Assembly: GCA_035626435.1 (NCBI GenBank) | Contig: DASPNQ010000227.1 | Coordinates: forward strand, 64,915-128,914 | Origin: Vicinamibacterales bacterium | GTDB taxonomy: Bacteria; Acidobacteriota; Vicinamibacteria; Vicinamibacterales; UBA2999 | DNA: 64,000 bases | Direction of reading: 5' to 3' | Shown: positions 7,839 through 17,603 of the stretch, piece after piece | How the letters are laid out: each line of letters begins with the position of its first letter | Position numbering within the stretch: position 1 is the stretch's first letter | Notes under the pieces: generated by a model | The model's input: only the letters and a program-made list of their open reading frames with translations | Databases searched by the model: none | What the model was told of the DNA's origin: nothing | Program-made: the position numbers and the translations under genes

Positions 7839-9056
7839 ATGAGGTTTTGGAGGGAGGCTTCCGCCGAGGCGCGCAAGGCGCTGCTGGCCGGGTCACTGGG
7901 GTGGATGCTCGACGCCTTCGACGTGATGCTGTATGCCTTGGTGCTCACGGCGGTCGTCGAGGACCTGGGGCTGACGCGCGGGCAAGGCGGCTTGATGGCC
8001 TCTCTGACGTTGGCGGCATCGGCGGCCGGGGGGCTGATGTTCGGCGTGATCGCCGACAAGTTCGGCCGCACGCGAGCGCTGTCGTGGAGCATCCTCCTGT
8101 ACTCCGTCTTCACCTTCGCCTGCGGCTTCGCGCAGACGGTTACGCAGTTTGCGATCTTCCGCGTGATGCTGGGCCTCGGCATGGGCGGCGAGTGGGCCAG
8201 CGGCGCGGCGCTGGTCAGCGAGACGTGGCCCGAGAAGCACCGGGGCAAGGCGCTCGGCATCATGCAGAGCTGTTGGGCGATCGGCTACGCCCTCGCCGCG
8301 GTTGTGGTGGCAGTGGTACTGCCGCGATACGGCTGGCGAGCCGTGTTCTTTGTCGGAATTGCGCCCGCCCTGTTCACGTTGTGGATTCGCCGCAACGTGA
8401 AAGAACCGGCGATGTGGACAGGCCGGGCAGGCGGGGCAGGCGGGACAGGCGGGACAGGCATCGCCAAAGAAAAGTTTCCGCTCCGCATCGCGCTGTTTCT
8501 CACCGCGATGAATGCGGCGACGATGTTCGCGTGGTGGGGGTTGAATTTATGGGTGCCATCCTATCTGTCGCTGCCGACGACGCAAGGCGGCATTGGCCTC
8601 TCCACGGAAACGATGGCGATGTTCGTCGTCGCGATGCAGATTGGCATGTGGCTGGGTTACGTGTCGTTCGGCTTCATCGCCGATGCGTTCGGACGCCGGC
8701 CGACCTACATTTCGTATCTGCTGATCGCCGCGCTGCTCGTCTGGTACTACGGCTTCACGCGCGAGCCGTGGGTGCTGCTGCTGCTCGGGCCATTGGTGGC
8801 GTTTTTCGGCACCGGCTATTTCAGCGGCTTCGGTGCGGTGGCATCGGAGCTGTTTCCAACGTCGATCCGCGCGACCGCGTTGGGCGTGACCTATAACAGC
8901 GGCCGTCTCCTCAGCGCGATCGCGCCGTACATGGTCGGCACCATGGCCCAGAACCGGGGCTTCGGCGCGGCATTTACCCTGACCACGTTTGCGTTCATGG
9001 CGGCGGCGTTACTGTGGATTGGGATTCCGGAGACCAAGGGGCGAAAGATGATCTAG
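7839..9056 (+). CDS. MFS transporter
   Basis: 405 aa with a 12-helix hydrophobic pattern and the loop 2-3 motif GVIADKFGRTR. Confidence 0.8.
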   Translation: MRFWREASAEARKALLAGSLGWMLDAFDVMLYALVLTAVVEDLGLTRGQGGLMASLTLAASAAGGLMFGVIADKFGRTRALSWSILLYSVFTFACGFAQTVTQFAIFRVMLGLGMGGEWASGAALVSETWPEKHRGKALGIMQSCWAIGYALAAVVVAVVLPRYGWRAVFFVGIAPALFTLWIRRNVKEPAMWTGRAGGAGGTGGTGIAKEKFPLRIALFLTAMNAATMFAWWGLNLWVPSYLSLPTTQGGIGLSTETMAMFVVAMQIGMWLGYVSFGFIADAFGRRPTYISYLLIAALLVWYYGFTREPWVLLLLGPLVAFFGTGYFSGFGAVASELFPTSIRATALGVTYNSGRLLSAIAPYMVGTMAQNRGFGAAFTLTTFAFMAAALLWIGIPETKGRKMI

Positions 9057-9123
9057 CGATCTCGTGAGCTTGTGATCTGGAGATCTGATCTGGAGATCTG
9101 ATCTGGAGATCTATCTGGAGGTC
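9049..9123. repeat. tandem repeat: 13-nt unit TGATCTGGAGATC x3-4 plus degenerate GATCT units (GATC-rich family), 8 GATC sites
   Basis: Read directly. Spans the whole convergent gap, and both flanking stop codons (9054-9056, 9122-9124) lie inside it. Confidence 0.95.
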
Positions 9124-10081
9124 ACAGTTTGCCCTTGTAGAGCACGCGTCCGAGGCGTTTGTTCCAGGCGGTGAATTCCTCGTCGGACGGATCGTCGGTG
9201 ATTGCGCGGCGGACTTGATTCAGCTTCGCATCGAGCTCGTCGATCGACGCGAGGATGAACGCTTCGATCGTTCGCGGCTCGACGGGTGACCCGTACTCGC
9301 GCACGCCGTGGTGCGACGCGATCAGATGCTCGATTTGCGACCGCAAGTCGTCCGGGAACCCGGAAATCCCATTGATCGCTTCGCGGACCATGACGATGCC
9401 GAGCGCGATGTGGCCCACGAGATTGCCGTCGCGCGTGTAGCTACCCTGTCCGCCCTCGTAGGCCAGTTCCTGCAGCTTGCCGATGTCATGGAGGATGACG
9501 CCGGCGAGCACGAGATCCTGATCGGCGCCGTAGGCGCGAGCGACGAACGCGCCGACCTCGGCCATCTTGGTGATGTGCTCGAGGAACCCGCCCCGGTATG
9601 CGTGGTGGATCTGCTGGGCCGCGGGCCAGATTCGCAGCTGGTGTTCGTGATCGGCAACGATACGGTTGAGCAGCACGCGGACGTGGTCGTTCTTGATGCT
9701 GCGCAGGACCTGTTGCAGCTCCTCCCACATGTCCTCGATCGGACGCGGCGCACTCAGCACCGCGTCCTCTTCGCGGAAGCCTTCGAGACGATCCTGTGCA
9801 GGGTTGACGCGACGGACCGTCGATAACATCAACTGCAGCTGGCCGTTATAAAGACTGCCGCGACCTTCGACGCGAACGAACTCGCCGGCATCGAATTCGT
9901 GTTTGTAACGATCGACGTCGGTCATCAGCTTCGCCACGACTTGAGCTGACGAATCCTGCAATGAGAGAAACAGAAATTCGCTGCCGCTCCGGCCGGCGCG
10001 GAGCTCCTTGTAGGTGCAGAGGAAGAAACCGTAACCGGAGTCTTCGACGGCGAGGGCGGACAGCTTCGGCAGTCTATTCAT
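9122..10081 (-). CDS. OB-fold + HD-domain phosphohydrolase (YhaM-like 3'-5' exoribonuclease architecture)
   Basis: N-terminal OB-fold-like segment. HD domain with GGFLEHITKM...VILHDIGK...ASHHG. Confidence 0.7.
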   Translation of the reverse strand: MNRLPKLSALAVEDSGYGFFLCTYKELRAGRSGSEFLFLSLQDSSAQVVAKLMTDVDRYKHEFDAGEFVRVEGRGSLYNGQLQLMLSTVRRVNPAQDRLEGFREEDAVLSAPRPIEDMWEELQQVLRSIKNDHVRVLLNRIVADHEHQLRIWPAAQQIHHAYRGGFLEHITKMAEVGAFVARAYGADQDLVLAGVILHDIGKLQELAYEGGQGSYTRDGNLVGHIALGIVMVREAINGISGFPDDLRSQIEHLIASHHGVREYGSPVEPRTIEAFILASIDELDAKLNQVRRAITDDPSDEEFTAWNKRLGRVLYKGKL

Positions 10082-10146
10082 GAATGGTCGAATCGCGGCG
10101 TGGCTCCACCGCGAAGGTTCGCGGCGGGGTGCCCGCGGGCGCGCGA

Positions 10147-10590
10147 TTACTCTGAGCCGAGAGCAAATGTCATAGCGCCGTTGATCACGGTTTTCCCATT
10201 GACGGTGGCGCGGCCCTGCAACACGCCCATACGGCTGCGCAGACGTTTGACGACCGCTTCGACGACCAGCACGTCTCCGGGGTGGACGGCGGCGCGGAAG
10301 CGCACGCGCTCCATGCCGCGGAAGAAAATCAGCTGATCCGTGTTTTCTGGCTTCGCCAGGATGAGGATCGCACCAACCTGAGCCACAGCCTCGGTCAGGA
10401 TGGTTGGCGGCAGCGACATGCGCCCGTTCACCGCGCGCGCCAGATACGGCTCGTTGCTCGACACGTTCTTGATACCGACAATGCGCGTATCCGGTTCGAA
10501 TTCGGTGATCTTGTCGACCAGGAGAAATGGATAACGGTGCGGCAGAATCCGTTCGATCGCGGAGTAGTCGAGAGGGAGGGTCAGGTCCAT
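10147..10590 (-). CDS. fabZ: 3-hydroxyacyl-ACP dehydratase FabZ
   Basis: 147 aa. ILPHRYPFLLVDKI and a hot-dog fold length typical of FabZ. Confidence 0.9.
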   Translation of the reverse strand: MDLTLPLDYSAIERILPHRYPFLLVDKITEFEPDTRIVGIKNVSSNEPYLARAVNGRMSLPPTILTEAVAQVGAILILAKPENTDQLIFFRGMERVRFRAAVHPGDVLVVEAVVKRLRSRMGVLQGRATVNGKTVINGAMTFALGSE

Positions 10591-10598
10591 TTAAGTAT

Positions 10599-10645
10599 CC
10601 GGGAGCCGGGAGCCGGGAGCGCAGCGCCGAATCCGGGAGCCGGGA
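10599..10645. repeat. tandem repeat CCGGGAG x3 + x2 (GGGAGC family)
   Basis: ccgggagccgggagccgggagc...ccgggagccgggaa, in the divergent fabZ / S9 peptidase spacer. Confidence 0.95.
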
Positions 10646-10680
10646 ACGAATTATACTTCGCGGGTTCGGAGGAACCGCGC

Positions 10681-12795
10681 ATGCGTAAGACCCTTCTCGT
10701 TGCCACGCTCATCTGCGCCGCATCCATTGCCTCTGCTCAAACCAAGAGCAGGGTCGCGACCTTTGATGATGTGCTTAACATCAAAGCCGTCCAGGGTGCG
10801 ACCGTTTCGCCGGACGGCCGCACGGTGATCTACACGGTTCGCCAGTGGGTCGTCGATCAGGATCCGCCGACTCCGCTGGCCGAGGCGCCAGCGTCGTCGA
10901 AGACAGGCCGCATCGAGGCGCGCACGCACATCTGGCGCGTGCCCGCGGACGGCAGCAGCGTGGCGCGGCAAATCACCTTTGGCGAGCGCGGCGACAGCCA
11001 GCCGCAATTTTCACCGGACGGTAAGTACATCAGCTTCGTGTCAGCACGCGGCTCCGCGGAAGCCAAGCCGCAGATCTACCTGATGTCCGTCGACGGGGGC
11101 GAGGCGTGGCGGCTCACCGACGCAAAAGAAGGTGTCTCGAGTCAAGGCGGCGGCGGCTATTCATGGTCGCCAGACAGCAGCCAGATCGCGTTCGTCACGC
11201 TCGATCCGCGCAGCGCCGAAGAAGAAGCCAACATCAAGAAGCGAGACGACGAGCGAGTCTTCGAGGGCGACTTCCGCTATCAGCACGCGTGGGTCATCAC
11301 GATCGCGAACAAGCACGCGACGCGTGTCACCGAAGGCACGCACTATACGGTGCAGGGCGCGCCGTCGTGGGCTCCTGACGGCAAGCGCTTCGTATTTGCG
11401 GCGTCAGCGACACCGATGCTCCGAGATGAACGCCGCGACGTCTATGTGGCGACGCTCGGCTCCGCCAACGCCGCCGGCGGCCCAGCCACGAGGATCGAGA
11501 AGATCAGCACCAACTTCGGCAATGACGCAGCGCCGCGGTGGTCGCCGGATGGTCAGACGATTGCGTGGTTGACGCAACCGAACACCGCAGCGCCCCTCCC
11601 CGATCAGACCGCGCCAAGCGTCATTACCCAACAGCGCCTGGTGTTGTATGACGTCAACGCAAAGACGATCAAGGACGTCAGCGCGACCACGTTCGACGTC
11701 GATCCGGGCAATCCAACGTTCACGAATGAAGGTAAGCGCGTGATGTTCGTCGCCGGCAAGCGCGCCTACAACGAAGTGTTCGCGTACGACCTTACCTCCG
11801 GCACCTATACCCAACTGACGCAACGCAAGACGATCAGCAACACATCCGTCAGCCGCGACGGCAAGACGATCGTGTTGACGATGGATGCGCCGGATGCGCC
11901 GGCGGAGGTGTATGTCACGGATCCGTCGTTCGCCAATCTCAAGCGGCTGACGGCCACCAACCCGCAGCTCGCCGAGATCGCGCAAGGCGAGACCGAAGTG
12001 GTGACGTGGAAAAGCGCCGATGGCGCCGAGATCGAAGGCGTCCTGTTGAAGCCGGTTGGCTATCAGTCCGGCAAACGGTATCCGACGTTAGTCGTCGCAC
12101 ATGGCGGTCCGGCGGGCGCCTTTGTGAACGGTTTCCGCTTTGGCGGACTCGAAGGCGGCCAGGTGTGGGCGGGCAACGGCTGGGCGGTGTTCTATCCAAA
12201 TCCCCGCGGCAGCTCCAATTACGGCGAAAACACCTTGCGCGCCAACGTCAACGATTGGGGCGGCGGCGATTTCAAAGATATCAACACCGGCGTCGACGCG
12301 CTGGTGGCGCGCGGCATCGCCGATCCCGAGAAGCTGGCGCACATCGGCTGGAGCTACGGCGGCTACATGACGGCGTGGACGATCACGCAAACCACGCGTT
12401 ACAAGGCCGCGATGGTCGGCGCCGGGTTGACGAACATGTGGAGCATGTACGGCACCAACGATATTCCCAGCGTCCTGATTGCCTATTTCGGCGGCATCCC
12501 GAACAAGCAAACGCTGCCGCTGTATCTGGATCGCTCGGCGATGACGCACATCGACAAAGCGAGCACGCCCACCCTGATCCTGCACGGTGCCAACGACGAG
12601 CGCGTGCCGACCGGGCAGGCGTACGAGTTGTATCGGGGACTCAAAGACCGCGGCACGCCGACGCAGCTGGTGTTCTATCCGCGCGAAGGGCACGGCATCA
12701 CCGAGTACTACCATCAGAAGGATCGAATGCAGCGGATCTACGACTGGGTGACGAAGTACACTCTAGGCGCCGCTGCGACTACAACCGCACAATAA
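10681..12795 (+). CDS. secreted S9-family serine peptidase (beta-propeller + prolyl oligopeptidase-type hydrolase domain)
   Basis: ATG 10681 preceded by GGAGG, with signal peptide MRKTLLVATLICAASIASAQ. Propeller-like repeats (FSPDGK, WSPDG) and nucleophile elbow GWSYGG. The track ORF from 10282 is an in-frame extension across fabZ. Confidence 0.85.
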   Translation: MRKTLLVATLICAASIASAQTKSRVATFDDVLNIKAVQGATVSPDGRTVIYTVRQWVVDQDPPTPLAEAPASSKTGRIEARTHIWRVPADGSSVARQITFGERGDSQPQFSPDGKYISFVSARGSAEAKPQIYLMSVDGGEAWRLTDAKEGVSSQGGGGYSWSPDSSQIAFVTLDPRSAEEEANIKKRDDERVFEGDFRYQHAWVITIANKHATRVTEGTHYTVQGAPSWAPDGKRFVFAASATPMLRDERRDVYVATLGSANAAGGPATRIEKISTNFGNDAAPRWSPDGQTIAWLTQPNTAAPLPDQTAPSVITQQRLVLYDVNAKTIKDVSATTFDVDPGNPTFTNEGKRVMFVAGKRAYNEVFAYDLTSGTYTQLTQRKTISNTSVSRDGKTIVLTMDAPDAPAEVYVTDPSFANLKRLTATNPQLAEIAQGETEVVTWKSADGAEIEGVLLKPVGYQSGKRYPTLVVAHGGPAGAFVNGFRFGGLEGGQVWAGNGWAVFYPNPRGSSNYGENTLRANVNDWGGGDFKDINTGVDALVARGIADPEKLAHIGWSYGGYMTAWTITQTTRYKAAMVGAGLTNMWSMYGTNDIPSVLIAYFGGIPNKQTLPLYLDRSAMTHIDKASTPTLILHGANDERVPTGQAYELYRGLKDRGTPTQLVFYPREGHGITEYYHQKDRMQRIYDWVTKYTLGAAATTTAQ

Positions 12796-12797
12796 TT

Positions 12798-12864
12798 GGG
12801 ACTAGGGAGCCAGGGAGCTAGGGAGCCAGGGAGCTAGGGAGCTAGGAGCTAGGGAGCCCGGGGC
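12798..12864. repeat. tandem repeat AGGGAGC(C/T) x8 (GGGAGC family)
   Basis: gggactagggagccagggagctagggagccagggagctagggagctaggagctagggagcccgggg, directly after the S9 peptidase stop. Confidence 0.95.
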
Positions 12865-12883
12865 CGGAAAAAACGAAAATCAA

Positions 12884-14689
12884 TTGTCCACGACTACCGC
12901 GCCGCCAAGCGGCGCTTCCGATGCCGAACTGCTGACAATCCTCGCCGAGCTGGCCCGAGAGGTCAGCTCGGTGCTGGATCTCGACGCGCTCCTCGAAAAA
13001 ATTCCCAACCTGATTTCGAGGCTGACGCAGTTCAGCGTGTTCTCGGTGTACCTCCTCGACAAGAAGCGCGAGGAGTTGGCAATTGCCTACGCGGTCGGCT
13101 ACCCCGAGGAAATCGTCAAGCACTTCACGATCAAGGTCGGCCAGGGGACGGTTGGCCGTTCGGTCGCGGAGCAGCGGCCGCTGCTGATAGACGACGTCGA
13201 CACGGATCCGCATTACCTCGCGGTCGTGCCCGGCGCGAAATCGCAGCTGTCGGTGCCGCTCCGCCACAAAGGTGAAGTGATCGGCGCGCTCAACCTGTTG
13301 AGCGACCGCAAAGCCGCTTTTACCGAGCGCGACGAATGGATCCTTCGACAGTTTGGCGCGCACGTCGCCCAGGCGATCGCGACGGCGAGACTCTTCGAGT
13401 CGGAACGCGAATACGCGGAAACGCTGGAGACGCTGGCGGAAATCGGCCGCGAGATGAGCGCAATCCTCGATCCCGCGGAGCTGCTGACCCGGCTGGCGCA
13501 ATTGATCAAGCGCGTCATCGACTATCGCATTTTCGGCATCGCGCTGCTCGACGAAGACACGCAGATGCTCGAGCTGAAGGTGACGATCAAGTACGGCGAC
13601 GACCCGCGGGCGACGATGCCCATCAAGATGGGCGAGGGCCTGGTCGGTTACGCCGCGCAGCACAAGGAAGTCGTGCTGGTGCCGGACGTCACCAAAGATC
13701 CGCGATACATCGATGCCGTGCCCGGCGTTCGGTCCGAGCTGGTCGTGCCGCTGTTGCTCAAGGATCGCTGTATCGGCGTATTCGACCTCGAGAGCCCCGA
13801 GCGCGACGCATTCAACGAAAAGCACGTCAAACTGCTGACGCTGCTCGCATCCGAAGCGGCGGTGGCGCTGGAAAATGCCCGACTCGTCGAATCGATCCGC
13901 GCCAATGAGGCGCGCTTCGAAAAGGAACTGCGGTTCGCTCAGCGCGTGCAGATGGCGCTGTTGCCGCAGGAACTGCCGAAGCGGCTGCGCGGCGTCGACG
14001 TGGCGTGGCACTTCGATCCGGCTCGCGAGCTCGGCGGCGACCTGTGTGATTTCCTGGCACCCGAGCCAAACACGCTGGTCGTGACACTCGGCGACGTGTC
14101 CGGCAAGGGCGTTCCCGCCGCGCTCTACAGCGCCGCCATCGGCGAGATGATTCGCGGCCGCACGTTCCGGCGCCGTCTCGAGAAGAAAAGCAGCACGCCG
14201 GCGGAGGTGCTGGCCGGCATGAACCGCATCCTGCACGAGCGCAACCTCGAGGAGTACTACTGCACGCTGTGCTACGCGATGTTCGAGTTCAAGAAGCAGA
14301 TCGTGACGTTCGCGAATTCAGGTCTGCCCTTCCCGGTGAAATGCTCGAACGGCAAGGCCGAGCAGATACACATGCCGGGTGTGCCGCTCGGCTCGTTCGG
14401 CAGCTCCACTTACGACGACTTCCAGGTGCCGCTCGCCGCGGGCGACGTATTCCTGCTGTGTTCGGATGGAATCTTCGAGGCGTTCGACGAGGCCGGCCAT
14501 GAATTCGGCGCTCACCGCGTCATCGATGTGTTGGAACGGAATTGCGGCCGCCCGGCCAAGGACATCGTGCAGGAAATCTTTGCTGCGGTACAGGCCTTCT
14601 GCGGCGATGCCGATCAGTCAGACGATCGGACGGCTGTGGTCGTCAAAATCAACCAACTCGGTCCCGGAAAACCCCACGCGGACGCCTAG
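12884..14689 (+). CDS. GAF-GAF-PP2C (SpoIIE-family) protein phosphatase
   Basis: 601 aa with two GAF-like domains. PP2C signatures follow: ELGGDLCDF, LGDVSGKG, CSDGIFEA, QSDDRTAVV. TTG start. Confidence 0.85.
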   Translation: MSTTTAPPSGASDAELLTILAELAREVSSVLDLDALLEKIPNLISRLTQFSVFSVYLLDKKREELAIAYAVGYPEEIVKHFTIKVGQGTVGRSVAEQRPLLIDDVDTDPHYLAVVPGAKSQLSVPLRHKGEVIGALNLLSDRKAAFTERDEWILRQFGAHVAQAIATARLFESEREYAETLETLAEIGREMSAILDPAELLTRLAQLIKRVIDYRIFGIALLDEDTQMLELKVTIKYGDDPRATMPIKMGEGLVGYAAQHKEVVLVPDVTKDPRYIDAVPGVRSELVVPLLLKDRCIGVFDLESPERDAFNEKHVKLLTLLASEAAVALENARLVESIRANEARFEKELRFAQRVQMALLPQELPKRLRGVDVAWHFDPARELGGDLCDFLAPEPNTLVVTLGDVSGKGVPAALYSAAIGEMIRGRTFRRRLEKKSSTPAEVLAGMNRILHERNLEEYYCTLCYAMFEFKKQIVTFANSGLPFPVKCSNGKAEQIHMPGVPLGSFGSSTYDDFQVPLAAGDVFLLCSDGIFEAFDEAGHEFGAHRVIDVLERNCGRPAKDIVQEIFAAVQAFCGDADQSDDRTAVVVKINQLGPGKPHADA

Positions 14690-14694
14690 CGTTT

Positions 14695-15456
14695 TCAGTG
14701 CGCGTGCGCGTGCGGATGATGGCCCTCGACGCCACCCATTTCGTCGCCGTGGTCGTCGACGTGGGTCGCGGCGGTCAGGTAGATCGCTCCGAGCGTCAGG
14801 AAGATGAACGCCTGCAGCGGGCCGACGATCAGGCCGAGGAACTGGATCGGCAGCGGCGCGATGAACGGCACGATGCTGGCGATGATCAACACGACCAGGT
14901 GCTCACCGAAGATGTTGCCGAACAGGCGCAGCGTCAGCGACAGCACGCGAGACAGGTGGCTGATGATTTCAATGACGAAAATCATCGGTGCCAGCGCGAT
15001 CGGCACGCCCGGCATCACCGCAAAGTGCTTCACGTAATTCACGACGCCGTTGGCCTTGATGCCTTCCCAGTGGTAGTACAGCCACAACACCAGCGCCAGC
15101 GCGAGCGGCACATTGATGTTGCTGGTCGGCGAGCCGAGGCCGGGAATCTGGCCCATCAGGTTGCCAATCAGAATGAATACGAAGATGGTGCCGAGCAGCG
15201 GCAGGAACTTGCGGCCCTTCGCGCCCATGTTGCCTTCCAGCACGCCGACAAGGAACGAGACGATATCCTCGAGGACGATCTGCAGCTTACCGGGATTTTC
15301 GACGCTCAGCTGCGAGCGGATGGCGAGGCCGATAAACAGAATGAGAAGGGTGATGAGCCCAACGAAGACCATGTGGTCGGGCACGTGGAACCCGAGCGCC
15401 CCGAACAGCATGTTGACAACGGCGACCAGCGGGGAGGGATGTTCGATAGCTTCCAC
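14695..15456 (-). CDS. atpB: F-type ATP synthase subunit a
   Basis: 253 aa polytopic protein. LSLTLRLFGNIFGEH carries the conserved stator arginine. It ends in an unusual His/Asp-rich tail (HVDDHGDEMGGVEGHHPHAHAH). Confidence 0.85.
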   Translation of the reverse strand: MEAIEHPSPLVAVVNMLFGALGFHVPDHMVFVGLITLLILFIGLAIRSQLSVENPGKLQIVLEDIVSFLVGVLEGNMGAKGRKFLPLLGTIFVFILIGNLMGQIPGLGSPTSNINVPLALALVLWLYYHWEGIKANGVVNYVKHFAVMPGVPIALAPMIFVIEIISHLSRVLSLTLRLFGNIFGEHLVVLIIASIVPFIAPLPIQFLGLIVGPLQAFIFLTLGAIYLTAATHVDDHGDEMGGVEGHHPHAHAH

Positions 15457-15516
15457 AGCGGAGACATTGTACTAGATTTCACAAGGTGCGCCCGCAGGTC
15501 GGTCGCCCGTCGTGAA

Positions 15517-15538
15517 GGGCGGGTTTAAACACCCGCCC
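15517..15538 (-). terminator. GC-rich hairpin between the lipoprotein gene and atpB
   Basis: gggcgggt-ttaaac-acccgccc. An 8-bp stem with no clear U tract. Confidence 0.35.
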
Positions 15539-15547
15539 CTCAGCCAC

Positions 15548-15910
15548 TTACAGGTACTTGATTGACTTCTCGCGCAGGTGAAGGCCGAAGCTGCGACCGC
15601 CGATCAGCGCGAACTCCTGAACCTCGCCGCGAACGCGGACCCGGGCATTCTTGCCGGGCACCCGGCTGTCGTCCGAGATCACCAGCATTTCGGCCGTGCC
15701 GTCGCTGACGCGATACACCTTGAACGGCACCATCGGAATGCCAAACGAGGTGGTGACCACGCCCTCGACCGTGACGGTCTTGTCGTGGAACTTGCCAGGG
15801 TTGGTCTGCACTTCAGCAATCGAGCGCTCGCCCATCGACGCGCAGGCGCCTGACAGCGCACTCGCGGCCACCAGCAGACTCAACACGAAAGTTTTTGTGC
15901 GACCCAACAT
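15548..15910 (-). CDS. small secreted protein or lipoprotein, unknown function
   Basis: 120 aa. Signal peptide with Cys (LSGACAS), then a beta-rich body. No family recognised. Confidence 0.5.
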   Translation of the reverse strand: MLGRTKTFVLSLLVAASALSGACASMGERSIAEVQTNPGKFHDKTVTVEGVVTTSFGIPMVPFKVYRVSDGTAEMLVISDDSRVPGKNARVRVRGEVQEFALIGGRSFGLHLREKSIKYL

Positions 15911-16192
15911 GGCTTGCTCCTTTGCGGTCCGGCGAAGCCGGACGCTGACGATCGGTCACGACCCTCACAGCGATCCAATAAACGCCGCGGTCGGATCGTG
16001 AACGTGCGGCCGAAGAGCGGCGATGCCAGCGCCTGCCTGATAGTTCGCCCTTCGGTGATCCGCCGCGGCTGCGACACAGAACTCCAAGGTCCGTGCCAGA
16101 GCCGCGGCGCCGCCTAAGCCGTAGAAACGGCAGGAAAACGGGCCTTTGCCACGTCAGGCACCAGGGCCGTGTCACTTGCCGCGGACGGTGCG

Positions 16193-17560
<1,368 letters not shown>

Positions 17561-17568
17561 TGCGCGAT

Positions 17569-17603
17569 GCTAGCAGCAGCTACCAGCTAGTAGCTAGTCG
17601 TCG
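17569..17603. repeat. short AGCTA/GCTAG-type repeat
   Basis: gctagcagcagctaccagctagtagctagtcgtcgtc. Covers the 26-nt spacer between the kinase stop and the glnA start, plus the last kinase codons. Confidence 0.7.

Noticed and set aside
12842-14236. 464-aa - strand ORF
   Set aside because: It is antisense to the GAF-GAF-PP2C phosphatase gene, which has clear family motifs. The product has no recognisable domain.
15911-16192. Glycine riboswitch call
   Set aside because: Only a loose match to one conserved string was found. The GGAGAG element and helices are not identifiable and the downstream gene is not glycine-related. It is kept only as an unexplained region, not as a feature.
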